A stretch of DNA of 64,000 nt from a virus. The first letter of the stretch is position 1; each line of letters begins with the position of its first letter. The stretch lies in IMG/VR virus record IMGVR_UViG_3300021364_000001, positions 123,194 to 187,193 of that record; one strand, given 5' to 3'. Shown piece by piece: positions 25,683-36,800 of the stretch. The position numbers and the translations under genes are program-made. The notes under the pieces were generated by a model. That model was not told where the DNA came from and ran no database searches. It saw only the letters and a list, made by a program, of their open reading frames with translations.

Positions 25683-28600
25683 TCAGCGAGTGAGTGCGGC
25701 GAGAGCAGCTTTGAGTTGAGTAACAGTAGTGATTGAAACATCAGTACCGATGTTATTCAGAGCGGTATAGAGGTCATCAATGTCACCATCATTAGTATCA
25801 GCAGTGGTGCCCTGAGCAGCAGTTGCATATGCAGTGCTGTTTGTAGTAGCAGCAGTACCCAAACCAAGAGTGGTGCGAGCAGTTGCCGCATCAGCATCAT
25901 CAATCAGAGTGCCACCGAAGGTGCTAATTGTGGGTGTACCAGTCAGATCGCTATAAGCACCTGAGGTAGCAACAGTTGCCAGATCTCCTGGTTGAACAGC
26001 AGAATCTGCAAGTGTACCCTGAGCAGCAGTTGCATATGCAGTGCTGTCAGTTGCAGCGGCAGTACCCAGAGTAGGTTTGCCAGTCAGATCTGCATAGGCA
26101 CCAGAGAAGAGTGTCGGCAGACCAGACAAGTCAGAATAAGCACCAGTGGTTGCAACGGTTGCAAGGTCAGCAGGTTGGATGGCAGTGTCTGCCAGTGCGC
26201 CTTGTGCAGCAGTTGCATAGTCAGTCGAAGCAGTTGCAGCAGCAGTGCCCAGTGTGGGCAGACCAGACAGGTCGCTGTAAGCGCCTGTGGTAGCAACGTT
26301 AGCGAGAGATGTGGTAAGTGCTCTTGCCTCAACAGCAGTCTCCAACTCACCCAGAGCACCCTTGATGGTGTTGTTGTCAGAGATGGTGCTGCCACCAAAT
26401 GCTGCCAGGTGGGTAGCACCGTTAGCACGACCTGTCAACGTGATCAGATCATCAACATTCAGATCAGACTGACTGATGCTAAATTCACCCGTGGAGGCGT
26501 TATAGTTGAGATCACCACCAGCACTCAGGTGTCCGCGAGTTCTAGCGGCAGTGATGAACAGGTTGGTAGAACCCTCAGTGATGTTGTCAGTATTGATGTC
26601 ACTTTGAACAACAGACAGAGTATTGGTAACCAGTTGAATACCAGTACCATAGGTGAAGTGCGACTGGGTACGTGCTTGTGTGGTGAACAGGTTAGTGACA
26701 CCCTCAGTCAGGTCATCGGTGTTGATCTCACCGAAGTCAACTGCCAGAGACAGCAGGTTGCCAGCATCATTGTACGTTGCCGAAATACCTGTGCCGCCAT
26801 CAATCAGTGCAGCAACACGATCATCAACTCTCTCATCAGTGAAGTAGAGGTTGGTGACGCCTTCTGCCAGAGCATCAGTATCGTGGTTGCTGATATCACC
26901 AACCTGCGATTGACCATAGGTGATGTTACCAGTGATGGTCAAGTTACCAGCAATCTCAAAGTCAGTAGTAGACTTGAAGTTAGCAACCGTCAGTCTGTTC
27001 TCGAAAGGATTGTAGGTAAGGTTAGTAGAGTCAGTACGAATCTCAGTGTATCCAGTGGTCGCAGAAACGAATGTAGGATAGTAAGTAAGGTTAGAAGTTG
27101 TGGTATCGGTGACATCAGCAAGATCCGATTTGTCAGCAGTACCAGTCAGGTCGCCAGTTACGTTACCAGTGATCTGTCCAGTGACACCCAGAGTTCCACC
27201 GATGGTGGAGTTGTTGGTGACTGCAAGAGTTCCAAGAGTTGCAGTGCCAGTGATCTCTGCATTACCAGTGGTGGAGTGCAGGGTGATCTTGTCGGTAGCA
27301 GAACCATTTTGCAGGATCAGAGTCTTAGAAGCACCACGCAGGATGATATTATCCTTGAAGAGTGATGTGCTGTTCTGAGTCAAAGCAGCGTTCAGTGTGG
27401 TAGCACCATCAACGTTGAGTGTGCTATCAAAGTCAACTGCACCAGTGACGTTAAACACGTCATCGATGATTGTGCCACCGCTGACATTCAAAGTACCTTG
27501 AATGTTGGTATTACCAGAAGCAGCAACCACAGTGAAGTTAGTTGTGCCAACACTAAACGTACCACCGATGTTCGTAGCACCAGTAGTGCTGATAGTGGAG
27601 GTGTTGAGAGTTGTAAGTGTGGTTGTACCAGTGACGCCGAGTGTGCCACCGATAGTAGAATTACCTGTTGTGCCATCCAGTGTGATGGTAGTGGCATTGT
27701 TAGCGCCCAGGAACAGGTTCTGACCGATGTATACATCCTCAGCGACGGTCATACCACCGTTGGGGATCATGATCGGAGCATCATCTGACAGTCTGTCAGG
27801 GTTCTCATTCTTGGAGAACTCAACACGACCACGGAATTCCTGATTACCTTTTTGGACAACGTTACCATCTACCTCAAAGTCACCATAGACCTTGAAGTCT
27901 TCGCCAACTGCCAGATCTCTGGCGATTGAAACACCACCAGATACTCTCAGGGCACCATCATTAATGTCAAAGTTACTACCAGTAGATGCGTTATCTGTAT
28001 TAGTGATAGTGGTTATGCCATCCACATTCAATGTGCTATCAAAGTCAACAGCACCAGTGACGTTCAGTGTGTCGTCGATGACAGAAGCACCATTGACATT
28101 TAGAGTTCCGTCAATCAGTGTGTTGCCAGTGCTAGAAGCAACAGTGAAGACGTTGACAGCAGAACCATTCTGAATAGCGAAGGTTCTAGCAGCGACGTTC
28201 ATCGTCACGTTTTCGGTGAAGACCGAAGCAGCGGCAACGTCGAGTGTTCCAGCAACAGTCAGGTTGTCATCAACCACAACCTCGCCAGTAGCAGAGTCAA
28301 GAGTCAGGTTACCAGAGACTGTACTGATTTCACTATTGCTGTCAACAGCAATTTTGATGTTATCTGCTGTAATATCAGTAGAAGTAATCGCCTGGTTGAA
28401 TGTAACTGCACCATTTACTGTATGAGTATCAGTGCCAGCATTACCAAGAGTGGCATTGCCGTTGACTGTCAAGTTGTTAGAGACAGTTGCGTTGGCAGTA
28501 ATGCTTACAGAGTTATTGGACGAGTCGAGGACTAGCGTTCCGCCGTTTGCAAAGATCGCTCTGGACCCACTGGTAGTACCAAGACGCAAGTCATTGACAT

Positions 28601-31600
28601 GGATACCGTCGTTAGCAGTGATGCGTTGGTTAGCAGTAACAGTACCTGTAACGACATGAGCGTCAGTAGAAGCGTTACCGATAGTGGCATTACCATCTAC
28701 GGTCAGAGTGCCATCTACCTGAGCGTTACCATCAACATTCAGGTTGAGATCAACGTCAAGGTTGTCGGTAACATTAACTGTGCCACCGAACGAATCCAAA
28801 ATCAAATTGCCAACAGTGGTGCTGATTTCGCTAGCACCATCAACACCAATCTTAACGTTATCGGCAGTGATGTCTGTTGACGTAATTGCAGCAGTAAATG
28901 TGGAAGTTGCATTGACTGTCAGGGCATCAGTGGATGCATCGCCAAGTGTGGTGTTACCATCAACTTCAAGGTTGACCTTGACTTCCAGAGAGTCGTCAAC
29001 GATAGTCTGACCAGTAGCAGAGTCAATAGTCAGGTTACCAGCAGTTGTGCTGATCTCACCTGTACCGTCAACACCAATCTTGATGTTATTAGCAGTAATA
29101 TCTTCCGATGTAATCGATGCCGTGTAAGTTGACGTTGCGTTCACGGTTAACGTATCCGCGTCGCTGTCACCAAGAGTGGTGTTGCCGTCTACTTGTAGGA
29201 AACCATCGATCTCAGCATTGTCTGTGATGTGAACCTTGCCACCAAAAGAGTCAAGGATCAGGTTTCCTGCTGTGGTGGAGATTTCGGTCGCACCATCAAC
29301 GCCGATCTTGATGTCGTCCGCCGTGATGTCGGTGGAAGTAATCGCCTGGTTGAAGGTGACAGTGCCTGTAACGACATGTGCATCGCCCGCAGCATTACCG
29401 ATAGTCGTGTTGCCATCAACCGTGAGCGTTCCATCAATCTGTGTATTGCCATCAACATTGAGGTTACCGTCTACGTCAGCGTTGTCTGTGATGTTGACAG
29501 TGCCAGCAGCGGAGTCAAGGATGAGGTTACCAGACAGAGTGCCAATCTCGTTAGCAGCATCTGTGCCGATTTTCAGATCACGAATGTTTGCTCGTGCAGC
29601 ACCAGTCAGTGCATGATTAAACTGAACTGTGCCATTTACAGTATGAGAGTCGGTTCCAGCATTACCAATAACGCTGTTGCCGTTAACAGTAAATGTACCG
29701 TTAGCGAAAGTATTACCAGTCTGTGCATCGACTGTGAAGGTCGTAGATACAGCGAAGTCATCGCCAACATCAAGAGTGCCAGCAATATCAGTGTTGCCAT
29801 CGATGTCAACATTTCTGGTTACGAATAGGTCTTGTCCAACTCTCAGGTCGATACCGATGCCAGCACCACCACCAACAATCAGAGCACCACTGGAAGAACT
29901 GGAAGTATTAGTAGTGTCAAAGAGTTTGATGCTACCAGCATCGATGCCAGAACGTGTACCAGTGAATGCCTCAGAAGCATTGGTTGCATTGTGGAACAGA
30001 GCAAATCTGCTAGCAGAGTTGTCCCAACCGAAGAAACCAATCTTAGCGGATCCAGAGTAGTAACGGAACTCAATACCACGGTCCTTAGCATCTGCCTGAG
30101 TAGGAGCAGTGTCGCCACCCAGAGTGAAGATAGGATCGTCGAGAGTTTGGGTTGTCGAATTAATTGTAGTGGTAGAACCGTTAACTGTCAGGTTTCCTTC
30201 AAGGACAGTGTTACCATCTACTGTAAAATCCCCATTAACAGTAACGTTGTCAGTAAATGTACTGACGCTGTTAACAGTAAGAGTATCAGTGTTTGCATCG
30301 CCAATCGTTACGTTGTTGGTGAACGACGCAGGGAAGTTGAAGGTCGAAGCACCATGTACAGTCAGTGTACCAGTTCCCAGACCAGCACGACCGATTACAG
30401 TATTACCGTTATCAAAGTCAATAGAGAACTGAGTCTGTGCAGCACCATTGTTGATGTTGAAGACTTCATTGTTGCTCTGTAAGATTACAGAATCGTAGAT
30501 AGTTGTCTGACCATCGACAACCAAAGTAGAATTGAAATCAACGGCACCGTCAACATTAAGAGTGGAATCGAAATCAACAGGTTGGTTGACCGTAACGTTG
30601 TCGGTGAAAGTAGTATCTGAATTAATAGTGAGGGTGTCAGTAGAAGCATTACCCAGAGTAATGTTTCCGTCAACTTGGAGAGTAGATTCAAAATGTACGG
30701 CAGATCCTACGTCCAGTGTACCACGGATGTCAGTTGCACCATTGGTAGACAGGACAGTAAACTTGTCTTGGGATCCATTGGTAATCTTGAAATACTTACC
30801 AGTGGTATCCAGAGTGATGTCATCATGGAAAGTAGAGTCCAGATCAACATCAAGAGTATTGTTGAGAGTCGTAGCACCATCTACATCCAACGTGCTGTTG
30901 AACGTTACTCCACTATCAACATCAAGTGTACCATCAGAATGAATGTTACCGTTGTCAGTATCAATGACAAACTTCTCAGTAGTGCCGTCAGTGATGGAGA
31001 AGACAGTGTTAGGTCCAACAACTCTTACGTCGTCTTCAAATGTGGTGTCAGAGTTGACCAGTACAGTATCAGTTGATGCGTTACCCAGAGTGACATTGCT
31101 GTCAACTTGCAGGTCGCCTTGTGTATAGATGTTGCCGTTAGTAGCAGTGACAATAAACTCACCACTACCAATGTCCAGATCATTGGCGATGTCAACAGTA
31201 CCACCGATGTATACATTCTCGGAGATGCCAACACCACCAGTGACTACCAGGGTGCCAGTTGTGGTAGATGTGGATCCTGTGTTGGTTGTGAGCCTGAGGT
31301 TACCAGCAATGAGAGGAGCGTCAGTGCCAGCATAGACTTCATTCGTGTTGGTCGCATTGTAGAGGAAGCGATAGCCGCCAGTGCCATTCCATATGTTGCT
31401 GTCTGCATAATCTTCGTCCCAACCATAGAAACCAAATCGCTCTTGTGTATCATAGTATCTAAACTCGATACCACGGTCTTTATTGTCATCAAGTGTTAGG
31501 GTGTCTTCACCCCCCAGTGTCATGATGGGGTCTTGGATAGTCGTGGTTACCGAGTTGACTGTGGTTGTCGTACCGTCAACTTGCAGGTCACCACGGATCT

Positions 31601-33275
31601 GTACCAGACCAGTTACATCGTCATCGTCATTAGGATCCAGGACCATTGTGGAGTTGGTCGTGGACAGGACGTTTGCTTGGAAGTGATAGTCTTCAATATT
31701 GACTCGGGAGTCAACATCAGTAGCGTAGATAGTAATATCATTATCTGCTGAAATGTCGAGCAGTGCTTGACCAGTACCAGCGTTGGTAGAAGCAATACTA
31801 AACTGACGATTGCTAGCAGAATTTTGTGTAAGGAAGAGGTTTAGGTTGCCATCTCCATACTTATCAATGAGTTGATCCAGAGCGCCATCCAGATCGATAT
31901 TGGGATCAGAAAAATAGGAACGGACGTTGACATCAATCTCGCCAGCGCCAGAGTCCCCTGTATTGTTAGCCCCAAACAGAAGATTACCGCTCGTATCGTT
32001 AACTTTAACGTAGTTAAGATAATTGAATCCTCTGTATCCAGTGGTTGCAGTAAGTTCCTGATCAAGTTCAAAGTCTTCTTTTGTATTTCCATCAGCAAAG
32101 GAGACTCTATTGTTTTGTAGTTGGAGGTTGTCAACACCACGCTCAGCAATCTTGACGTAACCACCTTGGATACCACCAGCGTGATCCCACTCAGTTACAT
32201 CAAAGTCTTCTTGGGAGAAGGATGCAAGACCCTTCTGAGGTGTCAGAGCAGATCCGAGATATCTCCAAGACCCTGTATCGGAGGTATCTGTGTGTGTCGG
32301 TTCACCGCCGCCAGCGTTAATAGGAAGGATAGCCTCATACAGGCGATCATCTCCATTCTTGACCTTATCATAACGAGCGTAAGCGGTGGCATTATCATAG
32401 ACGGGTGCCAGAGTACCTTCTCTTGCAGTAGAGATAGGTGCAGTGACGGCATAGGTCAGACGACCATATCTGTCAACATTAAACTCAGTTGTGTTGACTG
32501 TCTGGTGAATTGTACCAGACTCTGCAACAGAAGTCTCAGGTTGATCTAGGGAGACAGAACCAGTCGGGTTGTAAGAACCAACCACAACAGGAGTATCAGC
32601 AAGGTCCACCAGCGGGTTGCCAGTCTGACCATTAGCATTAGAGGTGACAATACGACCAGGAGCACCAGTTACCTGACGTGTGGCATATGTACCAGAACCA
32701 GTTCTGGTCAGCATTCCGATTGTAGAAATGCCAACAATAGAAGTTAGGTTGGGGTCTAACGTCTGTGCGTCAGTAATACCATACCCTGCAAGAGTTGTGG
32801 GTGAAGAACCAGTAACAACACGACCACGAGAGTCAATGGTCAACTGCGTGTATGTACCAGTAGCAGTCAGATCTTCCTCATCATAGTGAGGGAGACCAGG
32901 TTGGTAGTTCAGTTCTGCGGTGATGTTGATGTTGGCAGAACCATCAAACGATGCAGAACCAGACATGTCACCCGTCAGGGTGAAGTTTCTAGCGTTGGCA
33001 AGTCTAGTAGCAGTAGCAGCGTTACCGATAAGTGAGGCAGTAATGGCACCTGCTTCAAAGTTACCGTCAGCGTCTCTCTTTACCAGAGTGTTGGCAATGT
33101 TAGAGTCTGCTTCCAATGGTCGCTCATATTTAAGCGAGTTCCATTGTGTAACACCATCACCGATTTTCAGACGCGAGGTATCAAGTTCGATACCAAGTTC
33201 GCCTTGGGCGAGGATAGGGTTGACGTTTGCCCACTGCTGAGCGCCGTCACGTCTTAATTGGATTCTATTTGCCAT
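25683..33275 (-). CDS. 2530-aa fibre/whisker protein at the wac (fibritin) position
   Basis: N-terminal RIQLRRD...WANVNPILAQGELGIELDTSRLKIGDG anchor typical of phage fibres, long LNVDG-type beta repeats and C-terminal YSDL/ATAAQG repeats; directly upstream of gp13. Confidence 0.8.
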   Translation of the reverse strand: MANRIQLRRDGAQQWANVNPILAQGELGIELDTSRLKIGDGVTQWNSLKYERPLEADSNIANTLVKRDADGNFEAGAITASLIGNAATATRLANARNFTLTGDMSGSASFDGSANINITAELNYQPGLPHYDEEDLTATGTYTQLTIDSRGRVVTGSSPTTLAGYGITDAQTLDPNLTSIVGISTIGMLTRTGSGTYATRQVTGAPGRIVTSNANGQTGNPLVDLADTPVVVGSYNPTGSVSLDQPETSVAESGTIHQTVNTTEFNVDRYGRLTYAVTAPISTAREGTLAPVYDNATAYARYDKVKNGDDRLYEAILPINAGGGEPTHTDTSDTGSWRYLGSALTPQKGLASFSQEDFDVTEWDHAGGIQGGYVKIAERGVDNLQLQNNRVSFADGNTKEDFELDQELTATTGYRGFNYLNYVKVNDTSGNLLFGANNTGDSGAGEIDVNVRSYFSDPNIDLDGALDQLIDKYGDGNLNLFLTQNSASNRQFSIASTNAGTGQALLDISADNDITIYATDVDSRVNIEDYHFQANVLSTTNSTMVLDPNDDDDVTGLVQIRGDLQVDGTTTTVNSVTTTIQDPIMTLGGEDTLTLDDNKDRGIEFRYYDTQERFGFYGWDEDYADSNIWNGTGGYRFLYNATNTNEVYAGTDAPLIAGNLRLTTNTGSTSTTTGTLVVTGGVGISENVYIGGTVDIANDLDIGSGEFIVTATNGNIYTQGDLQVDSNVTLGNASTDTVLVNSDTTFEDDVRVVGPNTVFSITDGTTEKFVIDTDNGNIHSDGTLDVDSGVTFNSTLDVDGATTLNNTLDVDLDSTFHDDITLDTTGKYFKITNGSQDKFTVLSTNGATDIRGTLDVGSAVHFESTLQVDGNITLGNASTDTLTINSDTTFTDNVTVNQPVDFDSTLNVDGAVDFNSTLVVDGQTTIYDSVILQSNNEVFNINNGAAQTQFSIDFDNGNTVIGRAGLGTGTLTVHGASTFNFPASFTNNVTIGDANTDTLTVNSVSTFTDNVTVNGDFTVDGNTVLEGNLTVNGSTTTINSTTQTLDDPIFTLGGDTAPTQADAKDRGIEFRYYSGSAKIGFFGWDNSASRFALFHNATNASEAFTGTRSGIDAGSIKLFDTTNTSSSSSGALIVGGGAGIGIDLRVGQDLFVTRNVDIDGNTDIAGTLDVGDDFAVSTTFTVDAQTGNTFANGTFTVNGNSVIGNAGTDSHTVNGTVQFNHALTGAARANIRDLKIGTDAANEIGTLSGNLILDSAAGTVNITDNADVDGNLNVDGNTQIDGTLTVDGNTTIGNAAGDAHVVTGTVTFNQAITSTDITADDIKIGVDGATEISTTAGNLILDSFGGKVHITDNAEIDGFLQVDGNTTLGDSDADTLTVNATSTYTASITSEDITANNIKIGVDGTGEISTTAGNLTIDSATGQTIVDDSLEVKVNLEVDGNTTLGDASTDALTVNATSTFTAAITSTDITADNVKIGVDGASEISTTVGNLILDSFGGTVNVTDNLDVDLNLNVDGNAQVDGTLTVDGNATIGNASTDAHVVTGTVTANQRITANDGIHVNDLRLGTTSGSRAIFANGGTLVLDSSNNSVSITANATVSNNLTVNGNATLGNAGTDTHTVNGAVTFNQAITSTDITADNIKIAVDSNSEISTVSGNLTLDSATGEVVVDDNLTVAGTLDVAAASVFTENVTMNVAARTFAIQNGSAVNVFTVASSTGNTLIDGTLNVNGASVIDDTLNVTGAVDFDSTLNVDGITTITNTDNASTGSNFDINDGALRVSGGVSIARDLAVGEDFKVYGDFEVDGNVVQKGNQEFRGRVEFSKNENPDRLSDDAPIMIPNGGMTVAEDVYIGQNLFLGANNATTITLDGTTGNSTIGGTLGVTGTTTLTTLNTSTISTTGATNIGGTFSVGTTNFTVVAASGNTNIQGTLNVSGGTIIDDVFNVTGAVDFDSTLNVDGATTLNAALTQNSTSLFKDNIILRGASKTLILQNGSATDKITLHSTTGNAEITGTATLGTLAVTNNSTIGGTLGVTGQITGNVTGDLTGTADKSDLADVTDTTTSNLTYYPTFVSATTGYTEIRTDSTNLTYNPFENRLTVANFKSTTDFEIAGNLTITGNITYGQSQVGDISNHDTDALAEGVTNLYFTDERVDDRVAALIDGGTGISATYNDAGNLLSLAVDFGEINTDDLTEGVTNLFTTQARTQSHFTYGTGIQLVTNTLSVVQSDINTDNITEGSTNLFITAARTRGHLSAGGDLNYNASTGEFSISQSDLNVDDLITLTGRANGATHLAAFGGSTISDNNTIKGALGELETAVEARALTTSLANVATTGAYSDLSGLPTLGTAAATASTDYATAAQGALADTAIQPADLATVATTGAYSDLSGLPTLFSGAYADLTGKPTLGTAAATDSTAYATAAQGTLADSAVQPGDLATVATSGAYSDLTGTPTISTFGGTLIDDADAATARTTLGLGTAATTNSTAYATAAQGTTADTNDGDIDDLYTALNNIGTDVSITTVTQLKAALAALTR
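25800..26310 (-). repeat. C-terminal tandem repeats of the fibre (LATVATTGAYSDL...GTAAAT...AYATAAQG)
   Basis: Three to four copies; exact 31-bp DNA duplication at 25810-25840 and 26017-26047. Confidence 0.85.
28220..29580 (-). repeat. About six tandem 76-90 aa repeats in the fibre
   Basis: Recurring IKIGVDG..EISTT.GNL.LDS..G.V...DN...DG.L.VDGN.T.G....D...V. Confidence 0.85.
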
Positions 33276-33313
33276 TGCTTATCGAACGCTAGCAGGATCA
33301 GGTGTCTCTTGTC

Positions 33314-33320
33314 TATTTAT
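33314..33320 (-). promoter_or_regulatory. Late promoter for fibre/gp13-16
   Basis: ATAAATA just after the terminator. Confidence 0.75.
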
Positions 33321-33325
33321 ACCCA

Positions 33326-33353
33326 AAACAAAAGGGGACCCGAAGGTCCCCTT
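33326..33353 (-). terminator. Rho-independent terminator
   Basis: GGGGACC-TTCG-GGTCCCC followed by TTTTGTTTT. Confidence 0.88.
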
Positions 33354-33355
33354 AC

Positions 33356-33568
33356 TCATTCTTCGGTTGTTTCTTCTGGTGTGTCTTCGTCGGGTGGATG
33401 AAGGTATTCCAGAGTTTCGATTGCTCCCATGAGTTTCAGAGCGGTCTGTTCGTTCTCACGAATCTTTTGTTGCATCTCTTTCGTCTCTTGAATGATGTTG
33501 TTATAACGAGTACGAAAGTTATTCAGAAGATCCTGGGGATCTTGTGTTTCAGTCACGTCAGCAGGCAT
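33356..33568 (-). CDS. Small coiled-coil protein
   Basis: 70 aa heptad pattern with acidic tail; TAATG overlap upstream. Confidence 0.75.
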   Translation of the reverse strand: MPADVTETQDPQDLLNNFRTRYNNIIQETKEMQQKIRENEQTALKLMGAIETLEYLHPPDEDTPEETTEE

Positions 33569-33822
33569 TACTTACTCTCCTTGTTTACTAATTGCAAAAG
33601 TAGACTCTTGATGTCCGACACATCAGATTTTAGATCATTCACCTCTTGTTGTAAAGAGGAGAAGTCTTCCTTTTTCTTTTGTCTTTCTCGATAGGACTGC
33701 ATGTAACTATCATAGACATCCTTATCGCGGAGGAGGATAGCATTAGAATCCTTGTCTCGGTAGAGACCACGGTTCTCGTCCCCCTCCACTGGTATATATT
33801 TAGGTACTCCGAACTTGCTCAT
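33568..33822 (-). CDS. Small protein with C-terminal coiled coil
   Basis: VEGDENRGLYRDKDSNAIL then LQQEVNDLKSDVSDIKSLL; ATGA overlap with the large upstream gene. Confidence 0.8.
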   Translation of the reverse strand: MSKFGVPKYIPVEGDENRGLYRDKDSNAILLRDKDVYDSYMQSYRERQKKKEDFSSLQQEVNDLKSDVSDIKSLLLQLVNKESK

Positions 33823-36800
33823 GATGCGAATGCGATTGCTCTCATATCTTTGATCAGTGGTACTTTCGCTTGGTTCTTAGACTTCATTACGATCTTGATC
33901 TGGAATGCTTGGAACTCCTCGCCTTCGACCACGTATTCAAAGTCTTCCCACTCTTCCTCACCGACGTTAGTTGAACCGATATCGGGGACTGGGATCTTCT
34001 GGAAACCAATATCATTCATCTGTTTCTCGGAACCAGGTTTCTGGATACGATAGTAGATGTCAATGTTAGAGTCACCATAGCGTTGCATGGAGACCATCAC
34101 ACGGATAGATCTGGAAACGTTAGCAAGTCTAGCAACTCTTGTCAAATAAACAGCGTCGTTCTGATCACCGTAAGGCAGTGTGGACACATCGCCTTGTGGG
34201 TTGATCTCAGATTGCAGACCCAGTACCTGAGGTCCACCTTCCCAACTGTTAATCTTGTTAGATGTTGTGATCACAGACACACGGTCGAGGTCAACCACAG
34301 GAGAGAGGTTGTTCTTACTGGTGTCGAAAGCGATCTTCATGGTCAAGGACTTGTTACCTTCCAGTTTGTTTGCTTCATTAATCTTGGAGCAAATGATTCT
34401 GGGGTTGTCGAAGTAGTTCTCATCATTAAGTTGGATGTCATCATATACACCGTTGTTCACGAAGGATGCTTGGTCAACAACAGTTCCACCGTTACCGATA
34501 GATGTACCAGATGTAGTGTTCAGTGTCGGAGAAACACCAGTCTCCTTGAACTGCATGATCTGGATGGTAGGTGTGATCAATTCAAACGGGATGTTCTTAG
34601 TTGCCGACACTCTATAACCACCAGTTCTAATACCAGCAGTTGCAACAGAAGTGGTAACCAAAGTGTAAGAATCAGTTGTGGGATCTTGGATGCTGGTGTG
34701 TACCTTGTTGATTTCCGTCAGAGGAATGCCATCCAGGTTGTAACAGGCAACCGTAGTACCAGTAGGCCACTCGGCGGCAGCAGTGCCGTCATTTGCTCTA
34801 CCAGAAGGTGCGACAGTAATAGTCTGACCGTCATCACTGATAGCAGAGTATGCGATCACTTCCTTAGTGACCAGAGGCAGGATCTCAAACCAACCCTCAG
34901 TAGCACCGTCAGAACCAGGCAGAGCGCCCACACGAGGAGGTGCAGGTCTAGACGTGAGCATAACATAACCAGGGTTGGTGGTAGAGATTGCTCTACCATT
35001 CACAATCTTATGGAAAGATCCAGCATTAGCGACACTAATTGTAGTAGCACTACTAGACAGAGTTGCAGTCAACTCGGTCGGCGGAATCTCAGACTCAACG
35101 TTCTTGATCTCAACGTTGTTGGATCTGTTGTGCATACCATGGTTCGGATGGATAACTGCAACCTTTCTATCTTCTGTACGAGTAGAAGGAGCAACGGCAG
35201 GGTATGCAACGTAGGAGTCACCACTGTATACAGCGGAAGTCATTGTGCCTGACACACCACCTGGTTCAGACAGGGTGTCATTAGCGGTATCAAACTGACT
35301 ATCAACATAGTTAGCAGTGATAGTCTGTGTTCCTGCATCGTAGGCAGTAACCACAGCAGTAGCACCAGAAGAAGAACCAGTGATAACGTTACCTGCTTCA
35401 AATGTGCCGTTGTTGACGGTGGACATTACAATAGTAACGATAGACTGAGAAGACTTCAATGCTTGGAACGGATCTCCGTTACCATCGAGGAAACCTTGCT
35501 CAAAGTCACCGACGATACCCGTCACAGTCATTGTCTGTGGGTTCGAGGTGGAGTCAAACTCTTCGATTGTGCCCTCAGCACCAGAAGGAGTCTGGATAAC
35601 ACGAGCACCAATCGTGAAGTTGTAGGATGCACCAGTCGGGAATGTGATCTGTTGCTTGGGTTGAATAGTAACGAGAGGGTTGACGTTCAGAGAACTGATA
35701 CCATCGTTACCAAGACCCAGTTCGGCGTTGGTAAATGTTGCATTACCAATCGTACTCGTATTGAAGACAGCACGATATAGATTGAACTTCAAGTCTTCAT
35801 ACTGGTCAGCGGTCCACGTAGATGCGTTCTGTGATTTGAACAGAACACCAGCGTAAGGCTGTTCAGAGATCGTTCTTGTACCAGTGATGTCAATGTCACC
35901 CATACGTGAGATCCAAACCTTATATTCATTAGAGTCAGAGAACAGCACGAAGCAATGTTCCTCAGACTCAGGGATGAATACAGGTGCAGGGAAGTTAAAT
36001 CTGGTAGCGATAGAAGCGTTATCAGAAACTTCAACCTCACTGGGTTTCAGAGTAACATCAGAGAAGGGCAGGATGTCCTTGGTCGGATAACCATTTTCCA
36101 TAGGACGGATCTGCATAGAGATGGGAATCTTGGTATCCTTTGTACCGAAGAAGATATCCACACCTGTCACAAATGTACCACCTTGCTCTTCCAGCAAGAA
36201 GGATTGTGCCAGAGGGTCCCACCAACCAACCTGTCTGGTGTTGGTACGAACAGAACGAACTGTTCTTCTTTGTGTAACGGTGTCTCTAACAACACTGGCG
36301 TTACGAACAGCAAGGATGTTTTCTTGCAGAGTGTTGAGTGTACCTCTTGCTGTGTATTCTGCCTCAGCCGCAGAGTCAACAGCACCTGGCAGTCTGCTAT
36401 CTTCCTCAGAAGAAGACAGACGGAAGACTCTGGAACCAGTTGCCCAACGAGGGTTAGCATCGTTAGCGGGGTTAGGAATCCAGAAGGCACCCTTGATGAT
36501 ACCAACCAGGTCAGATACAAGACGACGGTCCTTGACCACAGCACGAGCACCAGATGTCTGACCTTGCAGAACCTCACCAACTTGGAAGTTACCGAAGAAG
36601 TTGGGGTTCACAGTAGCAGAGAGAACTTCGGTGTCGATGTTCAGAACACTAGTCTGTGATGCATAAGAGTCGGGCAGAGCATCATTGGTTGCACTGTATG
36701 GGTTGGTTGTCAAACCATCATTAGGTGCAGCAACACGGAATCTGCAACCAGACTTACGACCAAAGACAGTCTCACCGATCACAAACGGTGTTTCGTTAGT

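Noticed and set aside
25800-29600. CRISPR array or diversity-generating retroelement repeats
   Set aside because: Repeats are in-frame protein repeats without unique spacers or adenine-specific variation; no reverse transcriptase or cas gene in the window.
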